Positions 17,520 to 24,979 of a stretch of 64,000 nt of DNA are shown in pieces. Numbering within the stretch: position 1 is the first letter of the stretch; each line of letters opens with the position of its first letter. This DNA comes from Verrucomicrobiota bacterium (GTDB lineage: Bacteria; Verrucomicrobiota; Verrucomicrobiia; Limisphaerales; JAIPKD01): assembly GCA_021733835.1 (NCBI GenBank), contig JAIPKD010000002.1, positions 16,962 through 80,961 on the forward strand. Direction: 5' to 3'. Position numbers and translations under genes: made by a program. The notes beneath the pieces were generated by a model that was not told the origin of the DNA, made no database searches, and was given only the letters and a program-made list of their open reading frames with translations.

Positions 17520-19142
17520 GTGACATCGTTTGAGTTCAAGGTTGACAATGACTTACCAAATCTCATTGGAGAGTATTTATCGGCACTTGCCAATGCGGCT
17601 TGCATCCACAACCAGCCCAAAGGATATTTGGTTTTTGGGATCGAGGATAAGACTCATGATGTAAAGGGGACATCGTTTGATCCTGAAACGGCCAAAGGAA
17701 AGGGAAACCAACCTCTTAAGCTATGGCTGGCTAATGGGTTAAACCCCCGGGTGGCTTTTCATGTAACACAAATGACCTATCAACAAGCCACGATAGTTGT
17801 TTTTCAGGTTGATGCTGCTTTTGATAGACCGGTCGAGTTCTACGGAACGGCATTTATCCGTATTGGCGAGAGCAAGACGCAATTATCACATCATCCCGAA
17901 TTGGAGCGGCGGATATGGAACCGTCGCACCCAGGTGGATTGGTCCGTACAGCAATGTAAAGGAGCATCATTCGGCGACTTGGCCCCTGAAGCCATACGGA
18001 AAGCGCGGGAGGAATATAAGAAGAAATTCCCTGCGAAGGCCGCTGATGTGGCCTCTTGGGATGACGTGACCTTCCTGAACAAAGCAAAGGTCACAATCCG
18101 GGGCATGATTACCAACGCCGCCATTCTGCTGGTGGGCAAAGAAGAATCCGGCCCGCTTATCTCTCCCGCCGTGGCGAAAATGTCGTGGTTTTTAAAAGAT
18201 GGCCAGAACCAGAACCTTGACTACGAGCATTTTGGCCCTCCGTTTATCCTGAATGTGGATTTCCTTTTCGCACGCGTGAGGAATTCAAAATACCGGCACA
18301 TGCCCAGTGGTACGCTGTTTCCGACGGAGACAACCAAGTATGACCCGTGGGTAATCAGGGAAGCCCTTCACAACTGCATAGCCCACCAGGACTATGGCCT
18401 GACGGGAAGAATCAATGTGGTGGAAACTCCGGGTGCGCTGATATTCACCAACGTGGGGTCTTTTCTGCCGGGCACTGTTGAGCGGGTCATCATGGAGGAT
18501 GCGCCGCCTGAGGTCTACCGCAATCCTTTTCTCGCTGAGGCAATGGTTAACCTGAACATGATTGATACACAGGGAGGAGGAATCAAAAAAATGTATCAAA
18601 CTCAGATGCAGCGTTTTTTCCCGCTTCCAGCCTATGACATTAGCGATCAAAACCGTGTTGTCGTCACGATCCATGGGGAGATACTTGATGAAAGGTATTC
18701 AAAACTTTTAATGAATAAGGCCGACCTGGATCTCTGGAGGGTCATTCTGCTTGATAAGGTCCAGAAGCGGATCAAGATATCCAAAGAGGAAGCCAGGGTG
18801 CTACGCAGTCAACGGTTGATCGAGGGAAGGTATCCAAACCTTCACGTTAGCGCCAGAATAGCTGATCTGATAGAACAGAAGGCTCAATATCTCCATACCC
18901 GCGGGCTGGACGAGCAGCATTACGCCTCTCTGGTCATCGAGCATATTAACAAGTTCGGTTCGATTACGCGAAAGCAGGCCGACGAGCTCCTGTTTCCCAA
19001 ATTGCCGGAGATACTCCACGAAAAACAAAAGAAGAACAAGGTGAACCGTATTCTTGCAGTAAAATTGAAGGATCGGATCAAGAATATCGGGTCAAGATCG
19101 AAATCGAAATACATTCTCAATAAAGACGGGGAGAGTGGATAG
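17520..19142 (+). CDS. AlbA_2 (Schlafen-like) DNA-binding domain plus HATPase_c_4-like region plus C-terminal wHTH protein (often annotated as RecG-like/transcriptional regulator)
   Basis: GTG at 17520 is the only in-frame start after the upstream gene. N-terminus: FEFKVDND...GYLVFGIEDKTHDVKG (AlbA_2). Middle: REALHNCIAHQDYGLTGRINVVETPGALIFTNVGSF (HATPase_c_4-like). C-terminus: INKFGSITRKQADELL (wHTH). Confidence 0.7.
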   Translation: MTSFEFKVDNDLPNLIGEYLSALANAACIHNQPKGYLVFGIEDKTHDVKGTSFDPETAKGKGNQPLKLWLANGLNPRVAFHVTQMTYQQATIVVFQVDAAFDRPVEFYGTAFIRIGESKTQLSHHPELERRIWNRRTQVDWSVQQCKGASFGDLAPEAIRKAREEYKKKFPAKAADVASWDDVTFLNKAKVTIRGMITNAAILLVGKEESGPLISPAVAKMSWFLKDGQNQNLDYEHFGPPFILNVDFLFARVRNSKYRHMPSGTLFPTETTKYDPWVIREALHNCIAHQDYGLTGRINVVETPGALIFTNVGSFLPGTVERVIMEDAPPEVYRNPFLAEAMVNLNMIDTQGGGIKKMYQTQMQRFFPLPAYDISDQNRVVVTIHGEILDERYSKLLMNKADLDLWRVILLDKVQKRIKISKEEARVLRSQRLIEGRYPNLHVSARIADLIEQKAQYLHTRGLDEQHYASLVIEHINKFGSITRKQADELLFPKLPEILHEKQKKNKVNRILAVKLKDRIKNIGSRSKSKYILNKDGESG

Positions 19143-19156
19143 CTAACCTCCTCCTG

Positions 19157-19283
19157 CTTTAATTTTTAGCACTGTGAGAATTAAAGAATTAAAGCCGGAA
19201 TTAAAGCTCAAATGAATACCTACTTGAAATCATTAGTTTTTCCTTTAATTCTATCCTCTTTAATTCGCGGATCGAAATTAAAG
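19157..19283. repeat. Nested inverted 'aattaaag' word repeats forming a gene-less hairpin
   Basis: ctttaatt (19157-64); gagaattaaagaattaaagccggaattaaag (19176-19206); about 35-nt loop; cctttaattctatcctctttaatt (19242-19265); aaattaaag (19275-83). Confidence 0.6.
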
Positions 19284-19321
19284 CGAATCAAAACTGTATA
19301 ATCCTTGATGTGAGGTGAATA

Positions 19322-19435
19322 ATGCCCAGTATTCACACAGAGAAGTCGCATTCGAAACCGCCATAGAACGTCACCTGACCACGGCCGGTTGATATAAATA
19401 AGGAGACCGCGAGACCTTGGGATTGGGGTCACGTC
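19322..19435 (+). pseudogene. Decayed 5' fragment resembling an hsdR-like N-terminus, copy B
   Basis: MPSIHTE / (frameshift) EVAFETAIERHLTTAG* followed by ..GDRETLGLG. It is about 75% nt identical by eye to copy A over roughly 85 nt (gcattcga.acc..catagaa...cacctgaccacggc). Confidence 0.3.
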
Positions 19436-19470
19436 TTAACATTTAACATTTGGTATTGCATAATTATCTT

Positions 19471-19585
19471 CGGTTGTGTCCTAAGTACCAGCCACAGCGG
19501 CCTCGAATGCCACGGCATTATTCGATTACCGGGGGCAACGACTTTTCGGGACTGCTGCGGCTGGCTTTCAGCACAGCCGCGCTCC
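19471..19585 (+). repeat. MITE/REP-like palindromic element, copy 1 (left terminus degraded)
   Basis: cggttgtgtcctaagtaccagccacagcggcctcgaatgccacggc...ccgggggcaacgacttttcgggactgctgcggctggctttcagcacagccgcgctcc. It is collinear with copy 2. Confidence 0.65.
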
Positions 19586-19803
19586 GATAAGATTCGAGTG
19601 GTGGGTTTACGTGTATGAGGCTGTACTGAGTCATCGCGGACAACCGCCCTGTGTGCCGATCGGATTGTACAAGCAGAATGCGAGCGCTCTTTCGTCTTAA
19701 TTCGTTATTTACAAATATGATGGCGAGGTGAATATTGGTTTTGTATGTGACGGATTTATTTAGAAACTGTGTGCGTTGAGAGTATTTTGAATAAAGGAGG
19801 AAT

Positions 19804-20883
19804 ATGAATAAGCGGCTAAGGCCCAAGGGAACCCGGATGAGCAGAGTAGTGATATATTTTTTCACGCTTGTTTTCGCAGTACTGGTTTACTGGTTACTGG
19901 GTTTTGTTGTTAAAGATATAAAAACGCTGGAAGGTCCGAACTACAACAAGATAGAGGCTGAGTATGTAGATAAAGCGCTCCTCGATAAAAAGGAATCGCT
20001 GGAGAAACGAATATCCGAGACCGAACGGGAGATAAGCGATCAGCGCGAGGAGATGCAGTTGATAAGCGACAGCTCCCGGAACTTGCAGGAGACGATCAAT
20101 CAGCTTCTCGAACTCAAGAAGACCGGCATTCAGAATAACGTCGAATTTTCCGAAAAAGAGGAGGCTAGTTTCACCGACAGCCTCGCGTTGTTTCTGGAGA
20201 ACCAAAGGAATTACCAGGAGATGAACGAGGCGTTATCCGAGCTCATCCGGACGAAGCAAGGTTTTGAAGAGGAGAAAAAGGATGTAGAGCAACAAATAGA
20301 AGAGCAGCGTGTTCCGGCCAGGGAAGAATATCGTCGATTAATGTCCAATCACAAGTTCAAGCTGGCCTCGTTGCAATTGGCGGTTTTGATACCGCTTTTG
20401 GCGATCGCCACGTTTTTGATAATTAAGAAACGCGGCGGTTTATATTTTCCGCTATTTTTGGCCTTCGGCGGCGCTGTGTTATTAAAGGTAGTGTTTGTAG
20501 TTCACGAATATTTTCCGAAGCGTTATTTCAAGTATATCCTCATTCTCGTTCTTCTGGCTGTAATTGGAAAGATGCTGGTGTATTTGATCAGGGCCGTTGC
20601 ATTTCCAAAGGAGGAATCGCTGCGAAAACAGTATCGCGAAGCGTATGAGCGGTTTTTGTGTCCGGTGTGCGAATACCCGATCAGGATCGGACCGCGCCGG
20701 TTTCTTTACTGGACGCGGCGGACGGTGAACAAGACTGTCGGCCAAGGTGCCGGCGAGTGCGCAAAAGAGGAACCATATACATGTCCGGCTTGTGGTACCG
20801 TTTTATTCAAGAAATGCGATGTCTGCGGCGAGATCAGACATTCGTTATTGCCGAATTGCCGGCATTGCGGCGCAGAGATTTAG
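19804..20883 (+). CDS. Orphan membrane protein: N-terminal TM, long acidic coiled coil, 3 TM, C-terminal double zinc ribbon
   Basis: 359 aa with an aaggagg RBS upstream of the ATG. Coiled-coil-like region at about residues 40-185. CPVCEYPI...CPACGTVLFKKCDVCGEIRHSLLPNCRHCG. Confidence 0.65.
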   Translation: MNKRLRPKGTRMSRVVIYFFTLVFAVLVYWLLGFVVKDIKTLEGPNYNKIEAEYVDKALLDKKESLEKRISETEREISDQREEMQLISDSSRNLQETINQLLELKKTGIQNNVEFSEKEEASFTDSLALFLENQRNYQEMNEALSELIRTKQGFEEEKKDVEQQIEEQRVPAREEYRRLMSNHKFKLASLQLAVLIPLLAIATFLIIKKRGGLYFPLFLAFGGAVLLKVVFVVHEYFPKRYFKYILILVLLAVIGKMLVYLIRAVAFPKEESLRKQYREAYERFLCPVCEYPIRIGPRRFLYWTRRTVNKTVGQGAGECAKEEPYTCPACGTVLFKKCDVCGEIRHSLLPNCRHCGAEI

Positions 20884-20910
20884 AAACCACGGAAGGCATG
20901 GAATTGGTAA

Positions 20911-20988
20911 TTACGACAATTTAAGCGGTTTAAGGTATCGATCCATCGTTTCCTTCCAAGCCTCGTCGTAATCGGTTTGTTGGTTCAT
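20911..20988 (-). pseudogene. 25-codon remnant resembling the N-terminus of a PD-(D/E)XK/Rpn-like or DUF4351-type gene
   Basis: MNQQTDYDEAWKETMDRYLKPLKLS*. The DYD.(P/A)WKE..(E/D)RY(F/L) start is one I remember from a widespread family of transposase-like hypothetical proteins. It is truncated after 25 codons. Confidence 0.3.
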
Positions 20989-20993
20989 GGCAA

Positions 20994-21065
20994 TTTTAAG
21001 TGATTAAGTTTTAAGTGTTAAGTGGTTAAGTTGATAAGTTGTTGAGGTGTTAAGCTGTTGAGTGG
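20994..21065. repeat. Tandem 7-8 nt word repeat (ttaagtg/ttaagtt/gttgag units)
   Basis: ttttaagtgattaagttttaagtgttaagtggttaagttgataagttgttgaggtgttaagctgttgagtgg. The gctgttgag word recurs at 1211-1226. Confidence 0.6.
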
Positions 21066-21172
21066 TATGCGATCGGATATCGTTCCCGATGTCCGTGATT
21101 TCCGTGGTCATTTCTAAATTTTGTGATTCGAATTTGTTTCGTGCTTCGATATTTGTGATTCGGATTTATTAT

Positions 21173-21280
21173 TCCCGTACACGTAGCCGTTCGCGTACCC
21201 GTTCTCGTTCCCGATTCTGATTATTCACAGAGGATGATCCTATACGAAAAACGCGAACGCGTACGGGAACGAGTACGGGA
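21173..21280. repeat. Gene-less inverted repeat of cgt(a/t)c/cgttc words (large hairpin)
   Basis: Left arm: tcccgtacacgtagccgttcgcgtacccgttctcgttcccg. About 38-nt loop. Right arm: cgcgaacgcgtacgggaacgagtacggga. The outermost tcccgtac/gtacggga pair is exact and the inner words are permuted. Confidence 0.5.
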
Positions 21281-21288
21281 GGGGGGTG

Positions 21289-21409
21289 CGGAGCGCGGCT
21301 GTGTCCGAAAGATCAACCGCAGCGGCTTCGGATGCAAAGGCTTCACCCGATAGCCGGGGGCAACGGCTTTTCGGGACTGCTGCGGCTGGCTTTCAGCACA
21401 ACCGCGCTC
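21289..21409 (+). repeat. MITE/REP-like palindromic element, copy 2 (complete, about 121 bp, about 13-bp terminal inverted repeats)
   Basis: cggagcgcggctgtgtccgaaagatcaaccgcagcggcttcggatgc...ccgggggcaacggcttttcgggactgctgcggctggctttcagcacaaccgcgctc. The termini gagcgcggctgtg and cacaaccgcgctc are inverted repeats. Each half contains a GCGGCTG...CAGCCGC hairpin. Confidence 0.7.
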
Positions 21410-21710
21410 ACAAAATAGCGGCCCCGAACGCCACGACTCCACCCGGTTGCCAGCCGTCTTCGCCTTTCAGAACTCCGTTAGGGATGCAATATCTATAGTC
21501 TTTTCTTTACGGCTGAATGATTTCCAGGAAAGCGTTATAAATTATATCCATGAACTTTAAATCACCGAGGCGGTATCAATCTTGCTCTTTGTCATTTTTA
21601 AAAAAAACGTGAAAAATTTTCTTATTCGACGATAATAAGTGCATGTCCGTGGGTCATTTACAGCCGATGCCGCTGTTTTTTTGGGCAACGACGAAATTCA
21701 AATACTGGAT

Positions 21711-22493
21711 ATGAAAAAAGCCAAGCTCAGATGTCTGGGTTGCGGAGACGGCCTGCCGTGTAACGACAGGAAGCACGCTTCTTACCTATATACGATTAAC
21801 GAGATTGATTTTCTCATCGATTGTGGAGAGCCGGTATGCGATACGCTGCAAGAGGCTGGATACGATTTCAATTCCCTGGACAGGATATTCATCTCGCATA
21901 TGCATTCTGATCATGTGGGCGGATTTTTTATGCTAATGCAAGGATTCTGGCTCGAGGGCAGGACGAAGGCGTTACCTATACACATGCCCAAAGACGGCAT
22001 CGAGCCGATCGTGAGAATGATGGAGGCGGGTTGTCTTTTCGAAGAATTATTCAGGTTCAAGCCGTCGTATTACGCGTTGGATTCCAATACGGCTACCGAG
22101 TTTGGTGGTGTCAGAGTGACACCATTCAATACAACGCATTTGAACGGTTTTAAGAAATCTTTTCAAGACAAGTACAAGCAAAGCTACGAGGCGTTTTGTT
22201 TTTTGATCGAGGGCACGAACATTAGGATCGGGCACAGCGCCGATATCGGTGCGCCAGAGGACTTAGCGCCTATTCTAGCTGAACCCGTTGATCTCTTGGT
22301 ATGCGAGCTAGCGCATTGTGAGTTGGAAGACTTATTTGATTATTTGTCGGACAAGCCGGTCGATCGGATCGCGTTCATGCACCTTGGCCGATCGTGGTGG
22401 AGCCATATTGGAGAGGTCAAGTCCATAGCCCAGCGGAGGTTGAAGGACAAGCAAGTCACGTTTCTTTGTGATGGTATGGTATTAACGATTTAG
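21711..22493 (+). CDS. MBL-fold metallo-hydrolase
   Basis: HMHSDHVGG (HxHxDH) motif. ATG at 21711 (MKKAKLRCLGCG) is preferred over the upstream GTG at 21639. Confidence 0.75.
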   Translation: MKKAKLRCLGCGDGLPCNDRKHASYLYTINEIDFLIDCGEPVCDTLQEAGYDFNSLDRIFISHMHSDHVGGFFMLMQGFWLEGRTKALPIHMPKDGIEPIVRMMEAGCLFEELFRFKPSYYALDSNTATEFGGVRVTPFNTTHLNGFKKSFQDKYKQSYEAFCFLIEGTNIRIGHSADIGAPEDLAPILAEPVDLLVCELAHCELEDLFDYLSDKPVDRIAFMHLGRSWWSHIGEVKSIAQRRLKDKQVTFLCDGMVLTI

Positions 22494-22504
22494 GCTATCG
22501 AGAA

Positions 22505-22522
22505 ATATGTAGCGCTACATAT
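22505..22522. promoter_or_regulatory. Perfect 18-bp palindrome, candidate operator upstream of the heparinase-like gene
   Basis: atatgtagc|gctacatat, 49 nt upstream of the ATG at 22571. No loop is possible, so a protein-binding site is more likely than a terminator. Confidence 0.3.
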
Positions 22523-22570
22523 ACGTTTGGTGCCGGGATTATACAAAACTCAATCGGATAAGGACTAACA

Positions 22571-24940
22571 ATGCAAAGGCGAAATATCTTAAATTGTATT
22601 CTGCTAACGGCGTTTATTATAATGCCTTTAAGGGCGGCGACACTGGATGAAAGTCCTGCTGCTGAGCGCGAGTGGGGGTATGATCCCCCGGACGCAGAGG
22701 TCTTGGCCGTCAACCCCCCGAGATTCACTTGGCGATATCAGGATGGACTCGTTTGGAACGTGCAATGCGCTGCAGATGAAGATTTTACCGATATCGTCTA
22801 TAACAAGGAGCGTATCAGACTGAACGTGCACTGCCCCGCGGAGGTTTTCGAGCCTGGAAGATACTGGTGGCGGTATCGCGGTAGAACTGAAGATGGCGAG
22901 CATACCAGTTGGAGCGTCGGGCGCGCACTCGTAATTCCCGAGGATGTGGCAAAGATGCCTATGCCCTCGAGAGAAGACCTCCTGGCTCGAGTCCCGGAAG
23001 AGCATCCGCGACTATTCCTGCGTCCCGGGAACGTACCGAAACTTCAGCGCCTTGCGAAAGGCCTTTTGAAGGAAGACTATGAATCGCTTGTGACACAATG
23101 CGAGTCTATCCTGGCCGATCCGCCGCCCACCGAAGAGCCGCCCATGTACCCGGAGGGTATGGAGCGCGGCAGCGACGAGTGGCGTAGTATATGGTGGGGT
23201 AACCGACGTTATACAATCGAGGTCCTCGACAGTGCCGCCACGCTGGGGTTTACGTATTTGCTAGACGGCCGGCGCGAGTTCGGTATGGAAGCGAAACGCC
23301 TCCTTCTCGAATGCGCAAAATGGGAGCCGAAGGGGAGCACCGGTTATCGGTACAATGATGAAGCGGGCATGCCGTATAACTATTATTTCTCGCGCACTTA
23401 TACTTTCGTAAACGCTCTCCTCAGCGAGGAGGAAAAAGAAACCTGCCGTGATGTAATGCGAATACGCGGTAGAGAGATGTACAATCACCTATGGCCCAGG
23501 CACCTGTCCAGTCCGTACTCGAGCCACTCGAATCGTGCATGGCATTTTTTGGGCGAGATCGCAATAGCGTTCCATGACGAAATCGATGAGGCGGATGACT
23601 GGTTGTGGTTTGCTATGAATGTTTTCTACAACATGTATCCCGTCTGGAGCGATGACTCGGGCGGCTGGCATGAGGGGTCGTCATACTGGGCCAGTTATCA
23701 ATGGCGGTTTACGTGGTGGGCGGATATAATGCGTGAGGTTCTTGGAATTAACGCGTACAACAAGCCTTACTATTCGGAAGTCGGTTATTATGCGATGTAC
23801 CTGATGCCGCCGGGTAAAGAAGGCGGTGGGTTCGGCGATCTGTGCGCGTGCAAGAGTTCGAGTGATTACCGCAAAATCATGAGCGTCTTCGCCGCGCAAG
23901 CCGGGAATCCGCATTGGCAATGGTGGGTCGAGCGCCATGGCGGCCCTGTTAATACCGGTGGGTACATAGGCTTTATCCGCGGCGCGCTTCCCGAGGTTGC
24001 AGCTGAACGCCCGGACGGTTTACCGACATCGCGGCTTTTCAATGGCACCGGCCAGGCTTATTTGAACTCGCAGATACTCGACGCCGATCGGAGTGTGCAA
24101 GTGGTTTTCAAATCAAGCCCTTTCGGCACGCAAAGCCATGGATACGAGGCGAATAATTCTCTCCTGCTTTGGGGATACGGGAAACGCCTCCTTATCCGCT
24201 CCGGTTACAGGGATAGCTATGGCAGCGCGCATCATAGGAACTGGATGTGGTCGTCACGTTCTGTAAACACGATTACCGTGAACGGTAAAGGCCAGAAATC
24301 TCACTCGGCTCAGGCAAAAGGGAAGATTATAAGTTTTAAGACAACACCGCAGATAGACCTGGTTGCCGGTGAAGCTGCGGGTGCTTACGAGGAGCCGCTC
24401 GAGCGGTTTACACGCACCATTATCTTCGTAAAACCCGGGCTCGTGGTCGTCTGGGATATACTCGATGCGCCCGATCCATCAACATTCGAGTACCGGTTGC
24501 ATTCGGTCAATAAAATGGATATAAAAGACAGGAATCGCATTACAGTGAAAAACGGGGATGTTCTTTGTGACATCGAGTTCTTAACGCCGCAAAAACTCGA
24601 GTTCAGTCAGACGGATCAATACGATCCTAATCCCAGGCCGCGCATCAACCTCCGCGAATGGCATCTTACCGCGCGACCGACCGGTAAACATGAACACATG
24701 CAATTTGTCACGCTTTATCGTGTTCATCGTGAAACCGATTCAATACCCGAAGATGCGGAACTAGTAAGCAAAGACGGCGGGCTCATTCTTAAAGTTGCGC
24801 TTGACGATGGCGAGGTCACTATGCTACTTCCGAATGCTTCCGGCGCCGCGCTTGAAGATTCCGGTTTGAGTGCCGACGGCGAACCGGCGGTCAGGCTCGA
24901 ACGCTCGGATGGAAGCATTTTTACGTTGGAACAAGATTAA
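22571..24940 (+). CDS. Secreted heparinase II/III-like (polysaccharide lyase-type) protein with a DUF4962-like N-terminal region
   Basis: 789 aa with a signal peptide. The C-terminal region QSHGYEANNSLLLWGYGKRLLIRSGYRDSYGSAHHRNWMWSSRSVNTITVNGKGQ matches the heparinase II/III family pattern. Confidence 0.7.
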   Translation: MQRRNILNCILLTAFIIMPLRAATLDESPAAEREWGYDPPDAEVLAVNPPRFTWRYQDGLVWNVQCAADEDFTDIVYNKERIRLNVHCPAEVFEPGRYWWRYRGRTEDGEHTSWSVGRALVIPEDVAKMPMPSREDLLARVPEEHPRLFLRPGNVPKLQRLAKGLLKEDYESLVTQCESILADPPPTEEPPMYPEGMERGSDEWRSIWWGNRRYTIEVLDSAATLGFTYLLDGRREFGMEAKRLLLECAKWEPKGSTGYRYNDEAGMPYNYYFSRTYTFVNALLSEEEKETCRDVMRIRGREMYNHLWPRHLSSPYSSHSNRAWHFLGEIAIAFHDEIDEADDWLWFAMNVFYNMYPVWSDDSGGWHEGSSYWASYQWRFTWWADIMREVLGINAYNKPYYSEVGYYAMYLMPPGKEGGGFGDLCACKSSSDYRKIMSVFAAQAGNPHWQWWVERHGGPVNTGGYIGFIRGALPEVAAERPDGLPTSRLFNGTGQAYLNSQILDADRSVQVVFKSSPFGTQSHGYEANNSLLLWGYGKRLLIRSGYRDSYGSAHHRNWMWSSRSVNTITVNGKGQKSHSAQAKGKIISFKTTPQIDLVAGEAAGAYEEPLERFTRTIIFVKPGLVVVWDILDAPDPSTFEYRLHSVNKMDIKDRNRITVKNGDVLCDIEFLTPQKLEFSQTDQYDPNPRPRINLREWHLTARPTGKHEHMQFVTLYRVHRETDSIPEDAELVSKDGGLILKVALDDGEVTMLLPNASGAALEDSGLSADGEPAVRLERSDGSIFTLEQD

Positions 24941-24979
24941 ACGTTCAGCAGTGTGGAATAAGTAGGTGCGACACTGCAG

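Noticed and set aside
19518-19865. 115-aa minus-strand ORF (and ORFs 21221-21442 and 21286-21498)
   Set aside because: They are made up largely of the MITE/REP-like repeat and word-repeat sequence. The same 'peptides' recur only because the DNA repeat recurs, so they are not credible genes.
20994-21172. Possible CRISPR array in the repeat-rich intergenic region
   Set aside because: The repeat period is only 7-14 nt, with no unique spacers of 25-40 nt and no cas genes in the window. It is a simple tandem word repeat, not CRISPR.
24941-24979. Hairpin gcagtgt...acactgc between the convergent heparinase-like and radical-SAM genes as a bidirectional terminator
   Set aside because: It has only a 7-bp stem with a 15-nt loop and no U-tract on either strand, which is too weak to annotate.
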